A DNA stretch of 64,000 nucleotides from Antechinus flavipes (taxonomy: Eukaryota): contig NC_067403.1 of NCBI RefSeq assembly GCF_016432865.1, positions 29,574,001 through 29,638,000 of the forward strand, given 5' to 3'. A program made the position numbers and the translations under genes. Below the pieces are notes generated by a model. It was not told where the DNA came from. It did not search any database and saw only the letters and a program-made list of their open reading frames with translations. Below are positions 48,977 through 60,779 of this stretch, one piece after another. Position 1 is the first letter of the stretch. Each line of letters begins with the position of its first letter.

Positions 48977-49749
48977 TTCTGGGCTAATCTATAAGACTAT
49001 AACTGCAGAGAAGATGCTATCCTGAATTGCTTTCTTCATCTGGAAACTTACTAAGAGTAATGAAATGTACAGACTCTATCCCTATCCCTAAATTATAGTC
49101 AAAGGCAATCCCAACTTATAAATGCTTGGAGGGGTTCCAAAACGCCAATTGTAAGCCAGTGTTTTGAAGATTAGAATATATTTTTTCCTGTGGAAGCAAC
49201 ATCATAAATAATGGATAATCAGTCAATCAGATATCTAATAAGCATCTACTATGTGCCAGGTACCATGCAAGCCATGAAGGTATCGTTCAATTCTCACGCC
49301 AACAAACAAAAGTTTATTTAACCTAAATATTGTAGTTGAAAACTACATTTCAGGACTCCTGGTTTCTGAGCCCCAAATCCCTTGCTCTGTGCTCTTTGAA
49401 CCTTGAGCATCCCTGAGCTATTGCTGCAAAGATAGCAAGAGAGGGTGTCCTGAGTATAGTATAGTCGGCATGGGTTCCTGTGGCTGGACAAGGGCTATGT
49501 GTTTTTTTTTTTTTTAAATTATATATTAAGTCAGTGCTACCTCTTTTGTCTTATTTTACTATGTTAAAGACAAAGCACAATATACATATTTTAGGTTAAG
49601 TTCGGTTGTCAGATTTATTCACTATTCAGAGTCTTGGCTAAATAAAAATTAAGATACTTAAAAAATTAAGAATATTTTCATTAATGTAGAACAAATAAAG
49701 GAAATCATTTGAATATTTTGTGATTTCTAATTACACTGTTCCCATGTAG

Positions 49750-49960
49750 GATAAATCTCGAAGTCTTGCTGTCCATTCTGTAAAGACCCTGCTGAATATG
49801 GATGATGATATATTACTGGTCAACATGGGTTCCTGGTATACTGTTGCTCATATGTCAACATTGACAAATCAAAATACTTCAAAAATATATGTGTGTGGAG
49901 TAAAAGCACAAACTAAGGAATCTGAACTGCAGGATCTTTTTACAAATATGGGATGTAGAA
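49750..49960 (+). CDS. NSUN7: NSUN7 coding exon 6 (DKSRSLAVHSVKTLLNMDDDILLVNMGSWYTVAHMS...NMGCR)
   Basis: Acceptor cccatgtag|GAT, donor AGAA|gtatgt; 211 nt, phase 0 to 1. Confidence 0.96.
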
Positions 49961-50429
49961 GTATGTGTCAAACATTAATTTCCATTGGAATTTAGTGTTC
50001 TTTCATGTTATAAAACTGATATTTTAATTTAATATAGTTTAATTTTATTTCTATTTATGAAATATTCTTAAGATAATCTTTTTCAATATCTGTATGTTGG
50101 TATATAAAGTAGTTGTAGTAGAATTTTGTATATTGGTTGAATTACAGGTTAAAATTTTAATGCTCTATATAAGTAGCAGCATGAATATATAGCTTAGCTG
50201 TAAATCCAATTTGATTCTCATCACAAGCATTGAGTTGGTATTATCACCACAGAATGAATGAGGAATTTAGGAAAAGTGAGATTAAATAATTGGGTCACAA
50301 GTTACACAATCAGAACCTTCAGATTGCAAATATAACAAGGCTAATCCAATTGTATACCTTATTAAAAGAAAGAGGTATAGTTGTCAGAAACAGGGAGATG
50401 ATTTCCTATACTTCTAAGAATTACATTTT

Positions 50430-50830
50430 AGAAAAGACATTGACAAGTTCTGTCCAAGTGCAGAATAGGGCAACCAGAGTAGTTGCAGAGATTAAGGAGA
50501 ATCAGTTCAAAGAACTGAGAATATTTGTCCTCTAGAAGAGAACATTTCAGGAAGACATAATAGTAGTTTTCAAATATTTGAAGGGTTAGCAGGTAGTAAG
50601 AGGCATTAATGGATCTGTTTCTTCTTGATCCAAGTGGGCAGAAGCAAGGAGGAAGTTTGAAAAAGAGAGAGCTTTTTTTTTTTTTTTTAAATGCATAGAA
50701 AAACTTCTAATTAGAGCTGTTCAAAGGTAGAATGAATAGTTTCAGGAGGTAATGAGTATAAAACTCGGGGTCTAGAGGTCTTCAAGTGAAGGCTGTTTGA
50801 TAATTCTTTGAATTTCTTGTGTCGGTTGGT
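50430..50830 (+). mobile_element. L3/CR1 3' fragment
   Basis: gtccaagtgcagaatagggcaaccaga...cagttcaaagaactgagaatatt...ttcaaatatttgaaggg. Confidence 0.75.
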
Positions 50831-51249
50831 GACTCCTATTCAGGTACAGCTTGGTTTAAATGAAGTGTTATAACCCTCTCCATTAAGAGTTTCTACGAGA
50901 ATTGAATTACTGGTAGATTTCTGCTTTTTTATATATCTGTAAAAATTAATCTCTCTAAAAATTCTTAATTTCCAAATTCAAATGTGTCTTGTTTTCCTTT
51001 TTTCTCCTTAATCTCTCTGTGAGAACAACTTAGTTAACAAATCTCTTGTGATTTTAAATGGTTAGTCTTGCCTTAAGTACAAAAATAAAAAATTAAAATC
51101 TCAATGAATCATAGAATTTGAGAGCTGAAATAGACTTTGGAGTTCCAAATGTAAGGGAACATATTAAAATGGAAAGAATACTACTTCTAGAATCAGTGAC
51201 TTAAGATAAGTTGCTTCATGTTTCAGTGCATGGTTGTTCATCTGTTAAT

Positions 51250-52119
51250 TGAGAAGGTTAAGAGTATTTAACAAAAGTTAAGCCACCAAGTGCTTGTCAT
51301 TTCCCTTTTTTGGGGAGGTCATATTTGCCAGTCTGATGGATGTTAGGTAGAAATGCAGAATTGCTTTAATTTTTATTTCTCTAATTATTAGTGATTTGGA
51401 ACTTTTTTTTTTAAACATGGCTACCAATAGCTTGGATTTCTTCTTCTGAAAACTGTCTCTTCATAACCTTTGATGCATTTGTCAATTGCTTAAATGATCT
51501 TTATCTTGGAAATAAGATAATGGTATTGGAAATAAATATTAGTATCTTAGAAGACCTTATTACTACAATTTTTTTTCATTTAACTATTTCCTTTTTAATC
51601 TTAACTATATTCAGTCTACACCTTGATTTAAAAAGAAAAACATGTTTATTTTTTCAGTTGATCAAAATTCTCCCTTCCCATTTGAAAAAAATAAGAACAA
51701 AGTCCTTCCAACAAATATGCATAGTAAAAGAAAACAAATTTCCACATAGGGCACGTCTGGAAAATAGACTCCTAAGCTTTTACTCTTTGTCAGTTTCCTC
51801 TAGGGAGGTGGAGAATGTGTTTCATCATGAGGTCTCTGGAATCAGAGGTGGTCCTTGTGGTGATGAGTTTTGGGGCGCTGTCGCTCTCAGCGCCATGCCG
51901 GCTCCTCCTGCTCCCGCTCCTTTCTTTCCTGAGAGCAGAGCCGTCTGTTTTCTGGCTTGCCTTTTTCTTTGCTGATCCCTCATTGCAGGTGAAGAGTTTG
52001 TTTTGTTTAGGATGAATCTTTCCCTTTGCCTAGACGTCTCTTCTTCCCCCTTCTCCCTTTTCCTTCCAGATTCATTGTTGAATGAAATATATTTCTTTAC
52101 CCGGTTATGTGTGTGAGAG

Positions 52120-52153
<34 letters not shown>

Positions 52154-53830
52154 ACGCGTGTGTATGCATGAGTATAAAAACAAAACCTCACGTCCAGGGA
52201 CAGGAGTACTTGTACAGTGGTCTGATCAGGTTTAACCATGGGTCCCCTGGGTCACAGAAAACAGACGGTGGCTTATCAGGTTCAGTCATCGGACCTAGGG
52301 GCCAACATGAGCTGTCCTGAGTCGGATCTGTAGCATAACTGAGGGAGTTTTGGATTCAGTAAGTGAATACTGCAAAGGATTTCTGATTTGTCCAGCTTAA
52401 GGCTTGCTCAGTTTGCTGTCTGCTTGGTTGATTCTGATTCCCAGCTCAGTCTGGTGTCCTTTGGAAAAATCAAAACAGTAAAAATCATTAATTGTCCTTC
52501 TTCTAGTTCTTCCCTTACTCATTGAGAAAGCAAGCAATATGAGACATATTTCCATATCACTTGTGTTGCACACAAAAAAATAAAGAAAAATAAAGGAAAA
52601 AAATAATGCTTCAGTTTGTACTTTAGAGTTCATCAGTTTTCTCTCTGGATGTAGGATAGTATTTTTCATCATGAGTCCTTTAGAATTGTCTTGGATCATT
52701 GTATTGATGAAAGTAGTTCATTGTTATTACAATTTTGGTGTTCCTGATGCTTGCAATATTGCTGTTCATTTTTCTTTGTAGCAATGTATACATCTTCCTG
52801 GTTTTCTGAAATCATCCCTTTCATCATTTCTTATGGGATAACATTCCAACTTGTTTAGCAATTCCCCCAGTTGATAGACACCCCCAATTTCCAATTCTTT
52901 GACACTACAAAAAGAGATGCTACAGATATTTTGGATTTCTTTTTCTTGTGTATCTGGGATTTAGACCTTTTAGTGATATTTCAGGGCCAAAGAGCATGTA
53001 GTTTTATAACCCTTTGGACATACTTTCAAATTGTTGTTTGGAATAATTAGACTAAATTATAATTCTACCAATAGTGCATTAGTGTATGTATTTTTCCACA
53101 TCTCTCCAGCATGTTATTTTTCTTTTCTGTCATGTTAGTTGTATTAGAGGTGTGAAGTGGTTCTTCAAAGTTGATTTAATTTGCCTTTCTCTAATCAGAA
53201 GTGATTTAGAGCAATTTTTTTTCTTATGAGTATATTAGTTTTGATTTCTTCTTCTGAAAGCTATCTGTTTTATTTTAATTCAGTTTTATTTCAATTCAGT
53301 TTAGTCAAAATTATTTCACTTTATCAATTGTAGAAATGCTCTCTTTATAAAAATAAATTTGGTCATTTCACTATATAGTTGAGAAATGAGGTATTTATCA
53401 GAGAAAACTTAACTGTGAAAGAATTTTTTAAAATCAGCTTCCTTCTTTCTAACTTTGACTGCATTGATTTTATTTATGCAAACCCTTTTTAATTTCATGG
53501 AATCAAAAATTTCTATTATATTTCTTGTAATCCTGTGGTTCTGTTTGGTCATAAACTCTTTCCTTTTCTATAGATTTGACAGATAAAATTTTCCATGCTC
53601 CCATAATTTATTTATGGTATCCCCCTTTATAGCTATATTATGTACCCATTATGACCATATCTTATTTAGTATATGATATGAGATGTTGGTCTATGCCTAG
53701 TGCCAAACTGCTTATCAGTTTTTTCAGTAATTTTCCCCTAATACTGAGTTCTTGTCCTTATAAAGCTTGATATTTGGGTTTATCAAATACTGAATAATAT
53801 GGTTATTTACTATTGTGTACTTATTTCCCC
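51250..53830 (-). mobile_element. Old L1 fragments (51250-52060, 52520-53830)
   Basis: L1 3'-UTR and ORF2 antisense motifs (gtgatttggaac, ttgtttagcaattcccc, atgcctagtgccaaactg). Confidence 0.75.
52111..52152. repeat. (TG)n microsatellite
   Basis: Direct reading. Confidence 0.98.
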
Positions 53831-53949
53831 ATTCTGTTTGTTGTTGTTGTTGACTACTTGTTTTACAGTCAGGTCTGCCTCTTTGTGATTCCATTTAGAG
53901 TTTTCTTGACAAATATTGGAGTAGTTTGCTGGTTTTTTAAAAGAAGAGA

Positions 53950-54410
53950 GGAAGATTGAGGGTTTCTGGCCAAAACAGAAACTATTGCTGTTTCTGTTTA
54001 CCCTGAAACATCATAATTCAAACAAGAACCATCTGAGGCTTGACCAGGACTTATTCTTGGCCAATGAGGGCTAAAGTGATTTGGGTTTAAGGCGCCGTCC
54101 ACGAAAAAGAAATCCAGCCTGTAAACCCAGATAACTTGTGATTACAGTGATCAATATATTCCTTTGGGCAGAATATCTGCAGACTCTGTGTGGAAAGAGG
54201 GGAGGAAGGAAGGAGGAAGGGACAGAGGAAGGAAAGAGGGAGCTGTGTTGTCCATGTGGAACTGGCCAGTTGGGTCCTCAGTGAGGCAGTTGTTTCTATT
54301 CACAGGTTGTTGTTTGTCCTTTGTTCTCAAAGGACCGTGAAATCAGGAAGGAGATGTTATAACTTGTAAGTGAATTGGACTTAAGTGACTCAGGGCTGTG
54401 CAAAGTTACC
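53950..54410 (-). mobile_element. RTESINE-like pieces
   Basis: Reverse homolog of 1470-1640, plus RTE tail ttgttgtttgtcctt...gggctgtgcaaag. Confidence 0.7.
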
Positions 54411-55815
54411 ATCCTAGAAGTGGTATCACTACGCTAAAGGATATTCATAATTTAGTAAGTATATTGCTTGAGTAAGATTGTGAATGGCCTGTACTAAATA
54501 GTGTACTCTTCTTGTTCTTTCCTCTGGAGCTCTCATTTTCTTTCCCAGTCTTCCTATAGACCTCTTGTTGTTTCATTTATAATGAAACTTAAAAAATTTT
54601 TTTGCTTCATTTTTTCCCTTTAGGAATTTCAATTGGGCTTGTGGTAGATATGTGATTTTCTTTGAATCTTTGCAAATGGGTAAGGTTACTTTCTTCTTTA
54701 AGATTGTGTCTTGGGTATTCTTTATTGTTGTTCTCTATTGTTCATTTTTCTAACCTTACTTCCCATGTTAGCGCTTTGTCTTGGGGTCAGGTCCTGTACA
54801 CTTCTGAAAGGAATGGTACAGCATTATTTGTTTCGGATCTGTATTACTTTGAGTTTTGTTTAAGCATACAGTATTTTTCAAAGACTTTAGGGGTATCTAT
54901 AGTTCTAGCCTCATCTATCAGAGAGGTTTGCTCACAGCCTATCCTGATTGATGCCCTCCTAATAATCTTATACCTGCAGACTCTTGAACCTGAAATGTTC
55001 AGGATCAGAACAATATACCCACAAATTCAGGAGTCTTTGATTACATTATGATTGGGCTCCAATCTCTTCACACACTTTCAGGTTTTCCTTTGATCTTTAA
55101 GCTGGGAAGCTTCTTTGAGCTGAAGTTATGGGCCAGGCTTTTCTAACGGGACTCTTTCCCTAAATCAGTCCTTCTGACTCTCTCTTTGTGTGGGTCTAGG
55201 CTGGAAATATACTTAATCAAGTTTCTCCCTGGATGTCTGGGAGTTTCTCCCTGGATTAGAGGATTTAAAAATGTTTTATTTGCTGCCTTTTGATTTTACA
55301 TCAAAGTCATTTTGACTAGAAAAACTCCTTTCCTCAGTTTAGAATGACCATTTCTTTATAGCACACAAAAACAATTAAAAACATTAGGTACAGTGATCGT
55401 ATTTGTCAATGTATACAAAACCTGCTGTAGTTACTATCTCACCTCTCTGCTATGAGGAGGAAGCTACATCCTCTAGAGCCATCATTGTTTTTTCCACTTA
55501 CTCAGAATTTGGTTTCCTTTCAGCAATCATTACTTAATACTGTAGTCATATTATCATTATTTACCTATTGATTATTAACTGTTTACTGATTATATTGTTT
55601 TGGTTTTGCTTATTTCTTTCTGAATTGATTCATATAAACTTCCCCACATTACCCTGTATCATTAGAAAGGAATTTTCTTTCCTAGAGGAAGTAAAAGAAG
55701 AGTATAGCTAGGGATGTACTGATAAATATTTTTAAAAGTCTCTAAAACAGAACACATTTTTAAGTTTAAAATCTGCATTATTAAGATTTTCTCCATTACT
55801 TTCTTAAATCTAGAC

Positions 55816-55999
55816 CAGGATTGGCAAAGTTTGGCTTATGGGGAACATTCAACCCTTCTACCTATTTTGTATGGTCCATTAATTTAGGAGGCTTTTTATG
55901 GTTTTAATTAAAAAATAAAAACCATTCTTAGTTCAAAGACCATAGGAAACCATACATGAAGATTGATTTGACCTGTGGGCTAGAATTTGCCAACCTCTG
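55816..55999. mobile_element. MER58-like hAT-Charlie MITE (184 bp) inside a MdoRep1-like host (55700-56030)
   Basis: TIRs caggattggcaaa / tttgccaacctctg; preceded by atctagac. Confidence 0.8.
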
Positions 56000-56149
56000 T
56001 TTTGATAATCAGCACAATGATAAATTAAGCTTAATTTTTAGACTTAATCTCCTTAAAATTTAGCTTTTAAGATATCACTCCATGCTCAAAAAGTTTTTAT
56101 AACTAACTTTCCATGGCCTATAGAATGAACTTAGAGACTCAAAAGAACT

Positions 56150-57570
56150 TCAGAGTTGGTCTGAGATACCACCTCACACCTATCAAAATGGTAAATATGA
56201 CAGAAGAGGAAAATGATAAATGTTGGAGGAAACATGGGAAATTAGAATTACAGACCACAACTTGTTCAGCCATTCCCCAACTAATGGGTATCCTTCAATT
56301 TCCAATTCTTTGCCATAAAAAGAGCTGCTATAAATATTTTTGTACATTTAAGTCTTAATAGTGATTTGGAACATTTTTTCATATGACTCTAGATAGATTT
56401 GATTTCTCCTTCTGAAAACTACTGTTCATAATTTAGCAGTTGGGGAATGCCTTGTATTTTTATAAATTTAACTTAGTTCTCTATGTTTGAGAAATAAAGC
56501 TTTTATCAGAGATACTTGCTATGAAAGTATTTTCCCCAGCTTTCCTTCTAAGCTTGACAGCATTGATTTTGTTTGTGTAAAACATTTTAAATTTAATATC
56601 AAAATTTTTCATTTCATAATGTTCTCTATCTCTTATTGATCATTAATTCTTCCCTTCTCCACAGATCTGACAGGTACACTATTTCTTTTTCTCCTAATTT
56701 CTTTGTGTTACCATCCTATGTCTAAATTGTGTAGCCATTTTGACTTTATTTTAGTAGATAGTATAAGGTATTGGTTAATACCTAGTTTCTACCATACTGT
56801 TTTTTAGGTTTTTGTCAGTTTTTGTCAGATAGTGAATTCTTATCTCCAAAGCCTTTGGGTCTTTGGGCTTGTCAAATAGTAGATTTCTATGGTTATTTAC
56901 TACTGTGAATTGGGTACCTAATCTATTCCATTGATTCACTATTCTTGTCTAGTACCAGATTGTTTTGATGATTATTGGTTTATTATACAAGTTGAAATCT
57001 GGTATTTTCATTTTTTTCATCAATTCCTTGATATTCTTGACCTTTTATTCTTCCAGGTGAATTTTCTATTATTATTGTTTCTAGCTCTATAGAATAACTT
57101 TTGATAGTTTGATATGTTACTGGTAGAATTGTCATTTTTACTTTATTGTGTTAATTTATAAGCAATTGATATATTTCTAATTGTTTAGATTTGACTTTCT
57201 ATGAAAAGTATTTTGTAATTGTGTTCAAATGATTCCTGTTTTTTTTTCCCCCTTGGCAAATAGACTCTCAAATGTTTTATGTTATCTATGGTTATTTTAA
57301 ATGGAATTTCTCTATCTCTTCTTGCTAGACTTTGTTAGTAATAAATAGAAAGGCTAATCTTTATGAGTTTATTTTATATCCTGCGACTTTGCTAAAGTTG
57401 TTAATGATTTCAACTAGTTTTTTAATAGATGCTCTAAGTATGGCCTCATATCATCTGCAAAGAGTGATGGTTTTGTTTACTCATTACCTATTCTCATTCC
57501 TTAAATCTAAATTTTTTCTTCTCTTATTACTATAGTCATAATATTGAGTAATAGTGGTGGTAATAGGCAT
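56150..57570 (-). mobile_element. Old L1 ORF2 fragment, with a short + strand piece at ~56150-56250
   Basis: ttattttatatcctgcgactttgctaaag, cttgatattcttgacctttt, homologous to the young L1. Confidence 0.8.
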
Positions 57571-57625
57571 TTTTAGCAGTGCTTTTATAACCATTTTTCT
57601 TATGTTTTTCCTTTTTTCCTCCCAG

Positions 57626-57769
57626 ACATTGAGGTGTTAAATGAAAATTTTACAGACATAGAAGCAAAAGATCAAAGATTACAGAAAGTTAAAGTTATTC
57701 TTCTACTACCTCGCTGTTCTGGATTGGGTGTTAGCAATCCAATAGAATTTATTTTAAATGAGAATGAAG
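57626..57769 (+). CDS. NSUN7: NSUN7 coding exon 7 ((N)IEVLNENF...KVKVILLLPRCSGLGVSNPIEFILNENE)
   Basis: Acceptor ttttttcctcccag|AC, donor GAAG|gtaatt; 144 nt, phase 1 to 1; carries the motif IV Cys (TGT 57715-57717). Confidence 0.97.
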
Positions 57770-58961
57770 GTAATTGTCTTTAGCAAGATGCCTGGTGCAA
57801 GGCAGCACTTCAATATTATTCTCTTCTCTATCCTTAGTCCTTGTATCTTAATGGACATGAGAGAAAGTTATAAGCAATTTATAATCTCATAAAGTAATGA
57901 GAAATGATAGAAGAAAGTTTATTGAAAGCTTGTTTACATACCCAGTTAAACCATATTATCCTTGGAGAATTTAAGGATGATCCTGAAAAGAAAATAGTAA
58001 ACAGAGAAAATATGGGAAAGATCTATCACAGTCCTTAATATTCCACATGAGGAAATAGAAATGCACTGAATAAAACATAAATTTTTTTCCTTAAGAACAC
58101 ATAGAATTTTTTTTTTCTTTGCTGGAAGTGACACAATTGTGTGGGAGTGATTAATTCTCAAAAGACCTAACATATACCAAACATTAGGAAAAAATCAGTT
58201 ATTACAAGCAAATAATAACTGAATATATGTCTACTCTCCTAATTCCATATTTCTATAAGAATAAATTATACATGTTAATGGCATCCTTAATGAAGGTATG
58301 AGAAAAATGTTGCAGGTTTTTAAAAACAATATTCTACAGTAGACCATATGTTTATAGTCACAACATTGACTGAAAGGTACATATAATATGATTTTACTGC
58401 ACTGCTTATTTTGACTATTAAAAAATAATTTGGTGGAACAAGATGCTATCTTCAAGAGTTTCTATCAATGAAGTATCTCACGTGTACTTGTTAAGATTTT
58501 ACAAGATTCCTTGACAAATGTAATAGCATAGATAATTACCTTTGATTATTAAGTCACACACATAACTCAAGGAAGATGTATGCATTTGCCATTGTCATGA
58601 AAGAGATCAAGAAGAACACAAATGAAAGATGTATTGTCTAGCAAGATGAGGTTCTTCATTTGTTTATATTTGCTAATGGTACTGGTGCTAACTTCATCAA
58701 CCCCAAAATACTTCAGAGCCCCTTAAATGAGATCCGTAGTCACTCAAAATAACTTGGCCTGATTATCCTTGTAGAAAAAAAACAAGGAGTTAAGAATAAA
58801 GAATGCCTGTAATTCAGATTATGATAATTCCATTGAAAGGAAAACCCATAGAGCTGATTTGTTAACTAATGGGTAGTTTCAAAGAATTAAAGAAACAGGT
58901 CCTTAAAGAGTCAGTACTGATACATGGTATGAAATGTTATCAGAGAAATATAGGGCAGCTA

Positions 58962-59207
58962 GGGAGCTCCCTAGTGTACAGACCATGGGACCTGGAGTTA
59001 GGAAGCCTCATTTTTTGTGAACTCAAATCCAGCCGGAGATACTTAGTGGCTACGTAACACTGGGCAAGTCATTTAACCCTGTTTGCTTCAGTTTCCTCAT
59101 CTGTAAAATGAGCTGGAGAGGTAAATCATACTCCAATATCTTTGCCAAGTAAACCCCAAATGGGGTCACAGAGAATTGGATATGATGAAAAATGACTTAA
59201 CAATAAC
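58962..59207 (+). mobile_element. Mar1-type CORE-SINE
   Basis: gggcagctagg...ctgggcaagtcatttaaccctgtttg...cagtttcctcatctgtaaaatgagctggag...aaaccccaaatggggtcac. Confidence 0.9.
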
Positions 59208-60010
59208 ATGACTGAAAAAGGAATTAGGCAAGTCGTGTAGCAAGAGCAAGGGCACTCTGTATGCTCCCTTGATATCCATGTGAAGTTAATAAATCTACCG
59301 GATAATTAGAAAAATTCTGTTTTAATTACTTTAAGCTATTCATTGATGAAAATGTTTTATTGTTTAGGAATGTAATTGAGTCAGTAGACAATATATAGTT
59401 AAAGGAAATGTCTGTCCCTTTGCTGTTACGTAGAATTAGAATGTAGGAAACTACACAGATGGAAAAATTAAATTTTGGGAAGGAAAAAGTGATTGTTGAT
59501 TGCTTAAACATCCAAGGTCGTACCAATAATACACCCCCCTCTCCCTTTCCCCAGCCTTAGTTCTTTTTCCTTTATGCCAGAATGTTGAAACAATGCAGAA
59601 AATGTTAGCATGGCTCCTGAAGGAGGAGGGCAGGCAAAGCTGTGCATGTGCCCCATGTTTGAGGAAGGAACTGAAGCTAGACCCAAGGTTCCAGAGCAGG
59701 ATGTTTCATCTCTGAGCTTCAGAGTATAACATGGAGACAGTGACACAATTGTAAGAAACACACCTTAATAGATGGGAGACACTCTTAAAAACACAAAATG
59801 CTGTGTATGTTTCAGCTATTTTTACATTGTTTGCTTAGAGTCATTTCTTAGAATCTCAAAAGAAAACATATTAACCGGGGAATTAAACATAATTTAACTT
59901 TGGTCATATATTCTACTCCCAAACCATTCTAACTTGTAATAGAAATAATTATAACTAAATGCTGTTAATATGTAAAATGTATAGATGCATTGTTTCCTTT
60001 TCCTATTTAG

Positions 60011-60112
60011 ATGCAGACTTACTTAAAGATCACTCTCAAGGCGCTATTGCAAAAGATAAACTTCACGTTCTTGCTGAAAAGCAATATGAACAACTGAAAC
60101 ATGCAATGCAGT
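60011..60112 (+). CDS. NSUN7: NSUN7 coding exon 8 ((D)ADLLKDHSQGAIAKDKLHVLAEKQYEQLKHAMQ)
   Basis: Acceptor tcctatttag|AT, donor CAGT|gtaagt; 102 nt, phase 1 to 1. Confidence 0.96.
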
Positions 60113-60779
60113 GTAAGTTAGCTTTCATCTCAATCATGTTCTGCCTCCAAATATATACCTTATTACCTTATACTCAGTACCTCATATACTCAGTTAAAAT
60201 AAATATGCTAAAACTTATATATTTATATAAAACTTTATATATTCAAAAGTACATCAGATTGAGCATAAGTTACAAACTACATGGGTCAGTTAAAAACTAT
60301 TTTGTTTGCTTATAGCCCTTGTTTTTGCTTGTTTCTAGGTTTAGGGCTACCTTTAATGGGATCAGGTTGTTGTAAGAGTGATTGCCATATAAATGCAATG
60401 TTATTGTAATTTTGGTGAGCAATAAAAAGTGCTGACTCTACTATCCCATCATCAGGTCATTTTATTTTTGGATTTTTAGTCTTTGAGTTTAACTTCCTAC
60501 TCCAAATAATTATTAAATTCTAAATTTAAATGAAACCATTTGTTCCACTTAACTACCATTTATCAAAGAGTAGGTAGGAAGAATAAATAAGAGCAAATTA
60601 TAGCTAAGTTTTCCAGCTTGTGGTTGTCTAACTTCAGCCTGTAGGGGCTGGGATCTGTTTCTGTTTGAATCTCTCAGGACTGTGAGGCAGCACTCTGATT
60701 ATAAATGGCAGAGAAGGTACTAATTGACCTGTGGTAGGAAAGGGAATTTCCTCACCAGAGGGGACAACTCCAAGTAACT

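Larger units (their letters stand above)
13024..60112 (+). other. NSUN7: NSUN7 (NOP2/Sun RNA methyltransferase family member 7) gene, coding exons 1-8; 3' part lies beyond the window
   Basis: Eight GT-AG exons (358+59+131+153+184+211+144+102 = 1342 nt) splice in frame. The product matches recalled human NSUN7 throughout (PEKSGY..VYV.AA.IFQGIR; LSYELAFSALKYQDILE; VMLYDFQDRKFQ; KLAAALARCRIKHDALSIYHILPETVRKQE; DKSRSLAVHSVK; KVKVILLLPRCSGLGVSNP). The next expected exon (VVYCTCS) was not found before 64000. Confidence 0.97.

Noticed and set aside
52160-52340. Possible small RNA gene after the (TG)n tract
   Set aside because: No tRNA cloverleaf, A/B boxes or snoRNA boxes that I can support.
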